Shown: one piece after another, positions 42,377 through 54,200 of the stretch
How positions within the stretch are numbered: the first letter of the stretch is position 1
Layout of the letters: each line of letters opens with the position of its first letter
Notes under the pieces: model-generated
The model's database searches: none
Seen by the model: the letters and a program-made list of their open reading frames with translations, nothing else
What the model was told of the DNA's origin: nothing
Made by a program: the position numbers and the translations under genes
Origin: Pelagomonas calceolata
Lineage: Eukaryota
NCBI GenBank assembly: GCA_918797485.1
Contig: CAKKNE010000003.1
Span: forward strand, 4,464,001-4,528,000
Reading direction: 5' to 3'
DNA length: 64,000 bases

Positions 42377-44725
42377 TTACGATGGAGGAGAGAGCGCCTG
42401 CAGGCGCTTCACGAGATCGAAGAGCTTGTCCGCGTCCGCGGCCGCCAGCCCGAGCCCTTGTGGCTCGGGACGGACTAGATCGTTCCGACTCATGGCCGCC
42501 AGCGTGGCGCCGTTCACGTGGCGCCGCGCGAGCAGCGACCCGACGCGCGGCAGGCCCAGCGTCTGCGAAACGTACTCCTCCGCGCGCAACGGCGACCACG
42601 TCAGCGGTTCCAGGGACGCCAACTCCGCGTCGTCCGGCTGAGCGCGCTGCAGCGACCGCAGGCCGCGGAGCCCGATCGGCGACTCCTGTTGATCCGTAGT
42701 CGGGAACGACGACGCCACCGCCCGCGCGGGCGGCGTCCGCGCCAGCGTGTGCGAGGGCACGAAGCCCGCCTCGCCGAAGCCGCACGAGGCCTTGTGCTCC
42801 GCGAGCGCGAAGCGCAGCACGCGCTTGCCGCACCCCCGCGGGCACGGCACGAACGCCATCTTGCACTCCTCGGCGACGTGCGCGTTCATGCGGCTCCGGG
42901 GCACGCGCTTCATGCAGTACTGGCACTGCGCGGCGACCTCCTCCGCGGGAGGCGCCGTCGGCTTCTTCTCCTCGACCGCGGTCGTGGGAAGGGGTCCGAG
43001 CTTGGGCGCGAGGCCCATCGAGGGCAGGCCGAACGTCGCGGCCTGGTTGCCGGGCGAGCCAGGCAGCCCGAACGTCGCCGGCTCGGGCAGCCCGAAGGTC
43101 GGCCGCGAGGCCGCGCCCGGGGTCACCGAGTCGTCGTCCAGCGGGTCCGCCTGCGACAGGTCCGACGCGTCCGCCTCCTCGTGCTCGATCGGCGCCGGCG
43201 GCGCGCGCGTCGGCGGCGCGCCCGCGGGCCGCGGGCGCTTCTCGACCGCCTCGACGCGCTTCTGGAGCGCCGCGACCGACGCCGCGACGGGCTGCAGGGC
43301 CTTCCCGATGTCCTGCGCGGCCTGCGCGGACCGGGCGCCGGTCTGTTGCACCGCCGCCAGGACCTCCTCCAACTTGGCTTCGAGCGCGTCCGCTCTGGCG
43401 GCCGCGGCCGCCGCGGCCGCCCTGGCGCCGCTCGCCTCGGCCTGAGCCTTGACCGCTTTGGCCTCGGCCGCGTCCACCGCGTCGCGGGCGTTCGCGGCCA
43501 CCGCCTCGACCGACGCCGCCGTCGTCGCCGTCTTCGCCAGCGCGTCGAGGCGGGCCTCGAGCGCGCGCAGCGGCTGCCCCGGATCATTCGGTGCCTGCCG
43601 CTCCACGCCCTCGAGGCGTACCAGCAACGCCGCGAGCGTCGCCTCGACGTTCGCCGCGGATTCGCCGTGGGTCGCGGCGTGCCGCCGGTCCACGTCGTCG
43701 ACGCGCTTGCGGAGCGCCGCGAGCGAGGCGGTCGCGCCCTCGAGCAGATGCGCCGACTGGTCGCGGTGCTCCTTCCCGGCCCTCGCGTGGAGTCTCGCTT
43801 CCTCCAGGGCCGCGGCGACCTTGGCGCCGGTTCGGTCGCCGTACTCGGCCACGAGCCGCTCCACGGCGTCGGACGCCGCCCTCGCCGCAACGCCGGCGCA
43901 CTCGTCGCGCAGCGTCGCCTTGTGGTTGTCGCCCCACACCCTGCCGCCCGCGCGTTGCGCCACCGCCTCCACCGCTTCGCGCAGGAAGTCGCCCTTGTCG
44001 ACGATTTCTTTCGCGGCCCGCTCCGCGGCCTGCGCCGCGGCCGTCCGCGCCGCCCGCGCCACTCGGTCTTCGAGCTCGGCACTCAGAGCGCCGCCGTCCC
44101 CCAGCGCCGCGCCGACCGCGCTTCGCGCGGCGCGCCGGACCCACGCCTCCGCGCCCGGGTCGCTCTCGACCCACCGCGCCACGGTCTGCGAAGCGAGGTC
44201 GGCGCACTGGCGCTGCGTCGGCCGCTCGTCCAGCGCGAGGCGCAGCGCGGCAATCGACTGGCGAACGTGGCGCTGCTGCGCGTCGTTTTGCGTCTGCTGC
44301 TCCGCCAGTTCTCGTCGCACGGTGTTCGCCGCCGCCACGGCGTCGTCGCCCCGCCGCCCGGCGACGCGACACGCGTGCTCGGCGCGCGGCACCGCGCCCT
44401 CCGCAAGGTCCCGCAGCGCGGCGGCCAATTGCCGCTGGTGGAGCACCAGGGCTTGTAATTGGGCTTGCGCATTTTGTTGCGCGCGCACCAACGACTGCCG
44501 CAGGTCGTCCCGGGGCGGCGGCGACGGCGGCGCTTCGTGAGAGGACGGCGGCGGCACGAAGGGCGCGCCGGCCGCCCCCGGCGTCGGCGTCCGGGGGCCG
44601 GCGGCGGGCCCAGTCGGCACGGGCGCGTAGTTGAGGGCCTGCCGTAGCGAAGCCTCGTAGGCGGCCGCCGTGTGCTGCTGGCGGGCTCTGCGCGCCGAGT
44701 CGCGGAGAGGGGCGTAGTCCATCAT
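42377..44725 (-). CDS. Coiled-coil protein with TRAF-type zinc finger(s) and a C-terminal SAM domain
   Basis: CQYC...H...C...CPRGC...H...C zinc-finger pattern; WSP...VNGATLAAMSRNDL...LGL SAM-like segment. Confidence 0.72.
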   Translation of the reverse strand: MMDYAPLRDSARRARQQHTAAAYEASLRQALNYAPVPTGPAAGPRTPTPGAAGAPFVPPPSSHEAPPSPPPRDDLRQSLVRAQQNAQAQLQALVLHQRQLAAALRDLAEGAVPRAEHACRVAGRRGDDAVAAANTVRRELAEQQTQNDAQQRHVRQSIAALRLALDERPTQRQCADLASQTVARWVESDPGAEAWVRRAARSAVGAALGDGGALSAELEDRVARAARTAAAQAAERAAKEIVDKGDFLREAVEAVAQRAGGRVWGDNHKATLRDECAGVAARAASDAVERLVAEYGDRTGAKVAAALEEARLHARAGKEHRDQSAHLLEGATASLAALRKRVDDVDRRHAATHGESAANVEATLAALLVRLEGVERQAPNDPGQPLRALEARLDALAKTATTAASVEAVAANARDAVDAAEAKAVKAQAEASGARAAAAAAAARADALEAKLEEVLAAVQQTGARSAQAAQDIGKALQPVAASVAALQKRVEAVEKRPRPAGAPPTRAPPAPIEHEEADASDLSQADPLDDDSVTPGAASRPTFGLPEPATFGLPGSPGNQAATFGLPSMGLAPKLGPLPTTAVEEKKPTAPPAEEVAAQCQYCMKRVPRSRMNAHVAEECKMAFVPCPRGCGKRVLRFALAEHKASCGFGEAGFVPSHTLARTPPARAVASSFPTTDQQESPIGLRGLRSLQRAQPDDAELASLEPLTWSPLRAEEYVSQTLGLPRVGSLLARRHVNGATLAAMSRNDLVRPEPQGLGLAAADADKLFDLVKRLQALSPPS

Positions 44726-45044
44726 GGCTGCCCTTTTTTTTTTTCGGGCGCCGCTGGTCGCTGCGCGTTCTTCGCCGGACAAACGAGCGCGACTGGCCCA
44801 GCGGCGGCGTCGGCCTCGCACGACTGGCACAGCGGCGGCGTCGGCCTCGCGCGAGCTAGCTGGGCCGTCGGCAACGGCGGGGCAGCCTCTATCTCAGCCT
44901 GGGGCCATGGGAGATGGCCATGGGGCGCCCCCCCCCCCTTGGAACCACTCCGTTGAACCGCTGCAGGAGTGCGAGAGCTCACAAAGTAGTGGTAAAAAAT
45001 GGCATTTTTTGCTGCTAGAGCCCGTACAAACTCTCGAGGTACCT

Positions 45045-45751
45045 GAGGCTGGGTGAGGTAGAAAACCCCCCTACCGAGGTATCGGTACTTTTGTATCTTT
45101 TACCGGCAAACGACGCCCCGTGCTCTGGGCGTCATTTTGCCGCAAAAATCTCGGCAAACGACCTAAATCTCGCCGAGTTATGGCCAATAAACCCCCGGGG
45201 AGAGCAGCCTGGCGCTGCTCTCGCTGGGGCTGCCCACGCGCGTAGCTGCGCATACGCGCCGCGCGCGGCGCGCTGCGGGGCGCGCGGGCGCCGCGCGCGC
45301 CGGGCGCCGCCGGCACGTGATGGTCCGCGACCCCCAGCGGTCGACGGCCCCCTGACGAGGCCCTCGTCGAGGTGAAAATGACATGCGCGCGACGGCGCGC
45401 CGAAACCGCGCGGACGTCCGGATAAAGGCAATGCCAATGCGCTGCGACGCTCCCGCCGCGTCGAGGCACATGGGGCCGATGATCTCCGACACTGCGTGGC
45501 TCGAATCGGCCGGGAAACGAAATTTCGGGCAGCTGCCCCTGATTTTGCTGCAGCTCGTTCTTGCCACTACGCAATCCGTCGGACTTCGCACCAGCGCCGT
45601 GGGGACGTCCGTAGCCACGGGTGTCCCCATGCAAAAGCTCATTGCACGCGAGGGTCCGTAGGCTGCGCTAGTGCGCCTCAAAACACAAAAGTGCGCTTAT
45701 CTCAAAATGGTACTGCGTCCAGTAGGGGGGTATTCTACCTCACCCAGCCTC
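45045..45751. mobile_element. Non-autonomous DNA transposon with 30-bp TIR and 4-bp TSD
   Basis: gaggctgggtgaggtagaa(a/t)acccccctac at both ends (29/30 match); acct at 45041-45044 and 45752-45755. Confidence 0.88.
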
Positions 45752-45882
45752 ACCTACGGTATCGTCCGCGCCGAGGCAACACGACTTGTGACGCAACACG
45801 ACTTGTGATCCCAGGCAGTGCGTAGCTGAGGCATCGAAGTGTTAGTCTCTGCCCTCATCCGCAGCATCGACGAGGAGATATC

Positions 45883-46269
45883 ATGAGGCCCTCCATATGG
45901 CTATTAGCCGCAGCTTTGGGGTGTGCGCACAGCTTCGTCGCCACGCCCGACTGGCGCGCGAGGACGCTACGCAACGCCGAAAACAGCGACGAGGAGAAAC
46001 GCCCCGCGAAGATCACGCTGGAGGGCCTCCGCGACTTGGTCGCGTTGGGTCTGGGCGCGCCAAACCTGGGGACCTTCAAGGGCGTCGACAAGGACACGGG
46101 CGCCATGAAGTTCGAGCTCGACGAGAACCGCTTCATCACCAAGGACGGGAAGGAGTACGGCTCGTTCGACAACTCGAAGGGGACCTACTTCGAGTCCGGC
46201 GAGGTCGACGAAGACGCCGATTTCATGGGCAAGCTCGGGTCCTTCTTCGGTGGTGGGAATAAGAAATAA
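45883..46269 (+). CDS. Small, probably plastid-targeted hypothetical protein
   Basis: Signal peptide ending AHS-F and strong GC3 bias. Confidence 0.7.
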   Translation: MRPSIWLLAAALGCAHSFVATPDWRARTLRNAENSDEEKRPAKITLEGLRDLVALGLGAPNLGTFKGVDKDTGAMKFELDENRFITKDGKEYGSFDNSKGTYFESGEVDEDADFMGKLGSFFGGGNKK

Positions 46270-46613
46270 TTAATTAGTAGCGACTCGGACGACGTATGAG
46301 GGCCGGGGCGGGACGGGCGTTTGGTCAAGCAGGCCGCGTCGTCGGCCACCGGGTGGCTACCTAGGCAGCCTAGCTCCAAGCAAAGCAAGTAGACAAGGCA
46401 ATTAGAAATCATCGAGGTCCGGGACGCCGGAGGAGCCTGAGAATCTCAGTGGCAGGAGTCTATGGCAGGAGATGGACGGAGGACACGCAATGACCACTCA
46501 ATGGTCTACATCACAGCGCATGGAAGTGTGCGCATGGCGCCTGTCGCCCCGCGCGCCCCCAGGCTCCCCAGGAGCGACCCTTCAGCTATGGCATAGGACG
46601 TAAACAATAGAGG

Positions 46614-47672
46614 CTAGGAAATCTCCCGCAGGCGCCGCTCGACGGCCCGCCGCACGCACTTCTCGTCGGCCGCGTCGAGCGCGTAGCAGTGGAGGCCCTT
46701 TTTGATGACTCGCGCTCGCAGCACGCAGCCCCTGCTGAGGTACGCGGGCACGACGGCGAAGGCGGACGTCGGCGACTGCAAGAAGACGTCCGCCGAGGCC
46801 AAGTGCGCCCAGTGGTCCAGGACGGAGGCCGTGGCGTCGGCCCCGTTGAGGTGGACCGTGTAGTTATGTGCTCGATAGACGTCGAATGCCTCCGGCGACG
46901 CCGTCCCCCGCATCACCTGTGTGAGAAATCGACCAGTGAGTCGGGCGCACCAGAGACGCCGTGAAACTTTGATTTTCGCACAGCGCGTCGCGCCGCCCCG
47001 CCCGCGATGCGACTCGAGGGCGCTGAAGACGTGCACCTCGGCGCGCGGCCCAGCCCGCGCCGCGACCCAGCCCAAAGCATCCACGAGACACGCGTCCGAG
47101 ACCCAGCGCAGCGAGGGCTGGACACTGACATCGACGTCGCCCCTTCTCAAGTGAGCGGCGACGCGGACGGTACCTTTTCTGGCATATGTCAGTCGCGCGC
47201 GCCCCAACCGGCACGCGTTGCCGCGTCGCAGATCCGCGAGCCACGCCTTGTCTACCTTCGGGGCGAGCGGCACGTGCTTCTCCGTCCAGAGGACGGTTTG
47301 GTTGCTGGCGAGGTCCGCGAGCGCCGCCGCGCGCTGAATTCCGGCGGGCTCGCGCACGACGACGGCGTCCGTGCCAAGCGCCCATGCGACGCATTGGCGT
47401 TGGAGCACGCCATGCGCCTGCGGCGTGAGCGGCAACGTGCCGATCGCGCCGCCGTAGGCGTAGTTTTGCTCCCTTGCGAACCGCGCGTGCTCCGCGATGT
47501 ATTTGACCGTGGTGCCCACGCCGTCGACGTGCAGAACGCTGTAAAGCTTCGGACGGTGAGGAAGAGCGCACGCTGGGCAGTCGCCGGCGCAGGTCTCCGC
47601 CTTTGTGTGGTGGCGGTTGGGCCGCCGGTGCCGGCGCGCCGCCGCTGCCATCGCAACAAAAAACAATCTCAT
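46614..47672 (-). CDS. Fucosyltransferase-fold (GT11/GT23-like) protein; in-frame intron 46917-46991
   Basis: VAAHLRRGDV, VHVFS and WAHLASADVFLQSPTSAF motifs. Confidence 0.68.
   Translation of the reverse strand: MRLFFVAMAAAARRHRRPNRHHTKAETCAGDCPACALPHRPKLYSVLHVDGVGTTVKYIAEHARFAREQNYAYGGAIGTLPLTPQAHGVLQRQCVAWALGTDAVVVREPAGIQRAAALADLASNQTVLWTEKHVPLAPKVDKAWLADLRRGNACRLGRARLTYARKGTVRVAAHLRRGDVDVSVQPSLRWVSDACLVDALGWVAARAGPRAEVHVFSALESHRGRGGATRCAKIKVSRRLWCARLTGRFLTQVMRGTASPEAFDVYRAHNYTVHLNGADATASVLDHWAHLASADVFLQSPTSAFAVVPAYLSRGCVLRARVIKKGLHCYALDAADEKCVRRAVERRLREIS
46917..46983. mobile_element. Mini-introner (67 bp, two termini fused)
   Basis: cgcatcac|ctgtgtgagaaatcga...ttgattttcgcacag|cgcgtcgc. 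Confidence 0.85.
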
Positions 47673-47794
47673 TTCATTCTGGTCGTCACCGCGGGCAGCT
47701 CCAGGCCATCAACAGGTAGGTGTACCACTGGTCTGGGCCTCAGAGAAAACTGCTGCGGGGAGTGGCCGCTCGCGAAGTCTTCCAAGTGCGCGCG

Positions 47795-47920
47795 AGCAAA
47801 GCTGTTTTTTTATATGTGTGAGTGCGCGCGGAACGTGAGCGCATAGCAAAGCTGGTTTTTTATATGTGTGAGTGCGCGCGGAACGTGAGCGCATAGCAAA
47901 GCTGGTTTTTTATATGTGTG
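47795..47920. repeat. 50-bp tandem repeat, 2.5 copies
   Basis: Units start at 47795, 47845 and 47895 (agcaaagctg...tatatgtgtgagtgcgcgcggaacgtgagcgcat), with one mismatch. Confidence 0.95.
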
Positions 47921-48235
47921 CCGTAGCCGGACCCATCTAAGCAGGAGGGCCTTCCGAATGAGTCTCTAGGCAGGCTATATCGGTATCTACATACACAAGC
48001 TCGTATCATTTTTAGGGGCTGAAACCCTTTTGGCGGCACGTCGGAGAGCGTCGCGATATAGGTCCCCCTACCGTTCGGACGCTTCCCACCCGGCGCGCAA
48101 GAAGATACAACAACAGCGGATAACAGCGGCTGGTAAATAGCTGCGGGGCCGCTCGAGCCGCGACGGGTCGACGAGCGACGGGATTGCGCTGCCCGGCGAG
48201 CCGCACCACAGCGTAGCCCCTCTCGCTAGCCACCG

Positions 48236-51200
48236 ATGGCCGACGACGCCGAGAACGAGGAGGAGGAGGAAGAGGTGGTACCCGAGGAGCTCATCGCACT
48301 CCTCACGAGCGACGCCTTCGGTCTGCGGACCTACCGCTGCAACGCGCCGCCCGTCCAACCCTTCGATGGCGCGGAGGACGAGGCCCAGGCGACCTTGGCG
48401 CGCGTCTTCGCGCCGGGCCCGTGGCGCATCGACGGCATGCGCGAACGGCGCTCGGCGAACCACGACGCCATCGTGAAGGACCTGGAGGAGAAGGGAGCCG
48501 AATCGGATTACGCCAAAGCGGTCTGCCCCTTTTCGGGCGTGACCGCGCTGCACGCCTGCGCCATCAACGGCTACCTGACGCTGTTCAAGCTGCTGGTGGA
48601 CGTCGGCAAGTGCGACCCGACGACGTGCGCGTCGGGCCTGGCGACGATGATGTCGTCGCGCCTGGAGCGCGAGCGCGGCGCCGACGCCAAGTGGATGTGC
48701 AAGCGGCGCGGCCACAAGCCGGTCCTCGACTTCATCAAGTCCCTGCCGGTCGTCGAGGAGGCGCAGAAGTCGCTCGACGTCCAGCTGGTGTCGCTCAACA
48801 AGGTGCACCACGAGGCCGTCGAGGCCGCCAAGGCCAAGGCCGAGGCCGAGCGCCTCGCGCGCGAGGCGGAGGAGGCGCGCATCGCCGCCGAGGAGAAAAA
48901 GCGCAAGGAGAAGGAGAAGGCCCAGCGCAAGGTGCGCGACGAGATCCAGGCCTTCGACCACACGCTGCGGCAGAAGCGCAAAGCGCTGGGCGAGCTGGAC
49001 ATCGACTGGAAGACGGCCGAGTGCGGCCAGGAGAAGTCGCTCTCGCTGCTGGAGGACGAGCAGGGGACACACAAGCAGGACCACAACCGCTTCAACGCGA
49101 TGAAGAAGAAGGCCGAGGCCGTGGACATCGGGTCGGAGATGAAGAAGCCCGAGGGCCTGATCGTGCCGACGCGGCGTCAGAACTTCAGCACGGTGGCGTC
49201 CGCTCCCCGCCGCTCGCGCGACGGCGCGCGGCGCCGCGGCGCTGGCGGCATCGTTTGACCCCCGCAGGCCGACATCGACGAGATCTTCAACGACTACGTG
49301 ATGTTGTGGGACCTGGACAACGCCCTGGACATGGCCATCGCGGTCGCGATGGACACGCGGTGGGGGGACTTGAACACCGAGGAGCTCGAGGAGACGGCCA
49401 AGAAGCTCATGCAGCGCTGCAAGAAGCTGCCCAAGCCCACGAAGGCGTCCTCGGCGTTCAAGGCCTTGGACAAGCGCTGCAAGGAATTCCAGAACTCGTG
49501 CCCGCTGATCACGTCCCTCAAGACGGACTGCATGAAGAAGCGCCACTGGGACGAGCTGCTCGAGGGCGCGCACGCGACCATGGAGCAGACGCCGCTGGAG
49601 AACCCGAACATCGAGCTGAGCGAGATCATGGCCCTGGAGCTGCACCGGCCCGCCGTGGCGTCGGTCGTCGAGGAGGCCACCGACAAGGCCGTCAAGGAGG
49701 CCAAGCAGGAGGAGACGCTCGGCGTGCTGGAGCAGACGTGGGCGCAGGCCGTCTGGAAGGCGACGCCCTACGACAAGGACGCGTCGGTGCCGCTCCTGGG
49801 CATGGACGAGAAGGACTTCGAGCAGCTGGAGTCGGACCTGCTCACGCTGCAGTCCATGGTCGCGGGCCGCTACGAGTTCTTCAAGGTGCAAAGCACGGCG
49901 TGGCAGCTCGCGCTGCAGAACGTGGGCGAGGTCGTGGCCATCTTGTCGGAGCTGCAGCGGATGTGGTCGTATTTGGAGCCGTTGTTCATTGGGTCTGACG
50001 AGGTGAAGCGGGAGCTCCCCGACACGGCCGCGAAGTTCAAGGAGATCGACACTACGGTGCGCAACATGCTGCGCGAGGCTCGCGACACGGGCAACGTCAA
50101 GCAAGCGTGCAACAAGGACGGCCTGATCCCCTTGCTGGAGGACATCACCGCCAAGCAAGACCTGTGCAAGAAGTCGCTCAACGAGTTTCTGGACTCGAAG
50201 CGCATGCAGTTCGCGCGCTTCTACTTCGTCAGCGAGTCGGATCTGCTGGACATCCTCTCGAACGGGTCCAACCCGCCGGCCGTCATGAAGCACGTCGACA
50301 AGGTCATGCTCGCGACGGCGGACCTGACGCTCGGCAAGCCCGACGCGTCGGGCCGGCCGGCGGCCAACTACTGGGTCTCGGGCGTCGGCAAGGAGTTCGT
50401 CGAGTTCACGGAGCCGGTCAAATTGCTGGGCAAGGTCGAGGTCTACTTCCAGACCATTTTGGACGCGCAGTGCGCCTCGCTCACGGCGGAGGCCCACAAG
50501 TCCGTGAAGCGCTACCTCACGTCCTCGCCGCGCACGCAGTGGCTCCAGGACACAAAGAAGGTCAGCGACGGCCGCAAGAACTCGGCCGACGCCGCGCAGA
50601 TCGCGCTCCTGGTCGCCGCCATCTACTACACGAAGGAAAGCGAAGACGCCATGAGGGCCATGGAAGCCGATCCTTCCCTCGGCGAAAAACCGTATTTAGA
50701 CTTCCAGAAGAAGACCCTGCAACAGCTCACGGACCTCATCAAGTGCGTGATGACGGACCTCGACAAGGCGACGCGGACCAAGGTCATGTGCATGATTACC
50801 TACGACGCCCATTCGAGAGACATGATCGAAGGGACGCTTCGAATGAAAATGTACCAGATCTCCTCGTTTAAATGGCAGAGTCAGTTGAAAATGAAGTACG
50901 ACGCCGAGCAGGACCGCTGGCTCGCGCTCATCCTGAACGCGACGTTCGACTACGGGTTCGAGTACCTGGGGAACGGTCCGCGCCTTGTGGTGACGCCGCT
51001 GACCGACCGCGTCTACGTGACCGCCACCCAGGCCCTGAACCTGTGCATGGGCTGCGCGCCGGCGGGGCCGGCCGGCACGGGCAAGACGGAGAGCACCAAG
51101 GACCTCGCCAGCGCGCTGGGCAAGTGCTGCTACGTCTTCAACTGTTCCCCGGAAATGGACTACAAGTCGCTGGGCAACATCTTCAAGGGGCTGGCCTGCA

Positions 51201-54200
51201 GCGGGAGCTGGGGGTGCTTCGACGAGTTTAATCGGCTGATCCCCGAGGTGCTCTCGGTGTGCACGGTCCAGTTCAAGGCCGTGTGCGCGGGCGTCAAGCG
51301 CGTCGTGACGGCCCAGAAGGCCTCCAAGAAGTCCGGCAGTCCGTTCGACGAGCAGGCGCGCATGACGACCATCGAGGGCGACGTCGTGAAGCTCAACGAA
51401 ACGTGCGGCGCGTACATCACGATGAACCCCGGGTACTTGGGGCGGTCGGCCCTGCCGGAGGGCCTCAAGGCGTTGTTCCGGCCGATGACCGTCATGGTCC
51501 CCGACCTCGTCATGATCTGCGAGAACATGCTCATGGCCCAGGGCTTCGTGACGTCCAAGTCGCTCGCGTCCAAGTTCTACACGCTGTACTCGTTGCTCAA
51601 AGACCTGCTCTCGAAGCAGGAGCACTACGACTGGGGCCTGCGTGCCATCAAGTCCGTGCTGGTGGTGGCGGGCATGCTCCTCCGGTCCGACCCGAACGGC
51701 GAGGAGGACGACATCTTGATGAGGGCGCTGCGAGACTTCAACATCGCCAAAATCGTAAAAGTGGACGAGGTCGTCTTCTTCGGCCTGCTGAACGACCTCT
51801 TCCCGGGCCGGGACCCGCCGCGCGTGGTGGACGACGCCCTCCAGAAGAGCGTGGACGACATGGTCGCGGCGATGCCCGATTTCGTGGACGACATCATGAA
51901 GCTCAAGACGATCCAGCTCGACGAGCTGCTCCAGATCCGGCACTGCGTCTTCGTCATGGGCCCGCCCGGCGCCTTCAAGTCGACGAGCTGGAAGTACCTG
52001 GCGAAGGCGAAGCGCATCGTGGCCGGCCGCGATTCCTTCCTGACGATCAAGGACATCAACCCCAAGACGATGCCCACGCAAGACCTGTACGGGTACATTA
52101 ACATGGCGACGCGCGACTGGAAGGACGGGCTCCTCTCCTCCATTTTACGAGACTTGTCGCAGATCCCCGACGAGGACCCGAAGTGGCTCATGCTCGACGG
52201 CGACCTCGACGCGAACTGGATCGAGTCCATGAACTCGGTCATGGACGACAACCGGCTCCTGACCCTGGCGTCCAACGAGCGCATCCCCCTGAAGCCGCAC
52301 ATGCGCATGATCTTCGAGATCCGCGACCTGAAGCACGCGACGCCGGCGACCGTCAGCCGCGCGGGCATCCTGTACATTTCGACCGACGAGGGTTTCCAGT
52401 GGCGCAGCATGGTCAACACGTGGATCCTGACGCGCGAGGAATCCAAGGGGTTCACGGCGGAGGCCAAGGCGTGGCTGACGGCGAACTTCGACGAGGTCGT
52501 CGCGCCGGCGTTGCTCTCGATTCGAAAACTCCTGTTCAACGTCGCGCAGCAGCAGACGACGCTCGTCAACAACATTTTGCGGCTGCTCGACGCGTTCTGC
52601 ACTCCGGACATGCTCGCGACGGAGGAGCACTGCCAGATGACGTTCTCGTTCTGCGCCGCGTGGGCCCTCGGCTCGGCCCTGGGCGTGGCCGACGACGGCA
52701 AGGACTACATGAAGGTGTTTAGCGAGTGGTGGAAGAAGACGTTCAAGAAGCGCATCAGCTTCCCCGGGCAAGGATTAATCTTCGATTATTGGCTGGACAC
52801 CGAAAACTGGGCCTTCGAGAGCTGGACCGAGTCGCCGGCCTACGCGCAGATCGTGTTCAACTCCAAGGAGGCGAACATGAGCGACGTGACGGTGCCCACG
52901 GGCGAAAGCGCCTCCGTGTCGTTCTGGCTCGAGAAGCTACTGCGGGACCACCACTGCGCCATGCTCGCGGGGCCCAGCGGCACGGGCAAGACGCAAACGA
53001 TCATGGGCCAGCTGAAGAAGTTGGATGCGAAGGAAACGCTGTATACCACGATCAACATGAACTTCTTCACGGGCGGGCTGGTGCTCCAGGCGTCGCTGGA
53101 GGGCGTCCTGCAGAAGAAGACCGGGTCGCTGTACGGGCCGCCGGGCGCGTGCCACATGGTCTACTTCATCGACGACTTCAACCTGCCGGAGCTCGACAAG
53201 TACAACACGCAGTCGGCCATCTCGCTCGTGCGGCAGCACCTGGACTACGGGCACTGGTACGACATCAGCAAGCTCGCGATGAAGACCGTCGAAAAGTGCC
53301 AGTACGTCGCCGCGTTGAATCCGACGGCCGGCAGCATGGAGATCAACCCGCGGTTGCAGCGCCACTTCACGACTTTTAACATCGCGATGCCGACGGACGT
53401 GTCGCTGGCGATCATCTACGAAACCTTCCTCAACGGCCACCTGGAGTCCATGTTCAACTCCAACGCCGCCCTGGTGGAGCTGGTCCCGAAGGTCATCAAG
53501 ACGACGCTCAACCTCCACAAGGACGTCTCCGAGAACTTCCGGAAGACGGCCGCAAACTTCCACTACGAGTTCAACATCCGCCACGTGGCCGGCGTCTTCC
53601 AGGGGTTGCTGATGACGACGCCCGCCAAGTTCAAGGAGCCCCAGGTCTTCGCGGACTGCTGGGTCCACGAGGCCTACCGGGTCTACGGCGATCGCCTGGT
53701 GTCGCCCGAGGACTTGGCCAAGTTCGAGGGCCTCTTGATGGGCCAGGCGGGCAAGGGCTTCGGCGAGTTCAACCCGAAGCGGTTCTTCGGCGACAGCCGC
53801 CAGCCGTTGACGTTCTGCCACTTCCTCGAGGGCATCGGCGAGGAGCCCGTCTACGACCAGATCCACGAGCTCAGCGTGCTCCAGAAGATCCTGGACCAGG
53901 CGCTGGACGAGTACAACGAGTCGAACGCCCAGATGGACCTGGTGCTCTTCGAGGACGCGCTGAACCACGTCTGCAGGATCACGCGGATCATCAACAACCC
54001 GTCCGGGCACGCGCTGCTGGTCGGCGTCGGCGGGTCCGGCAAGAAGTCGCTGTCGCGCCTCGCGTCGTTTATTTGCGGGTACCAAACCAGCACGATTCAG
54101 ATCTCGGCGACGTACGGCATCAACGACCTCAAAACGGACCTCCAGGAGATGTACAAGAAGGCCGGCATCAAAGGAGAGGGCGTCATGTTCCTGTTCACGG

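Noticed and set aside
47795..47920. Possible CRISPR array
   Set aside because: Head-to-tail units with no unique spacers, no cas genes and a eukaryotic context.
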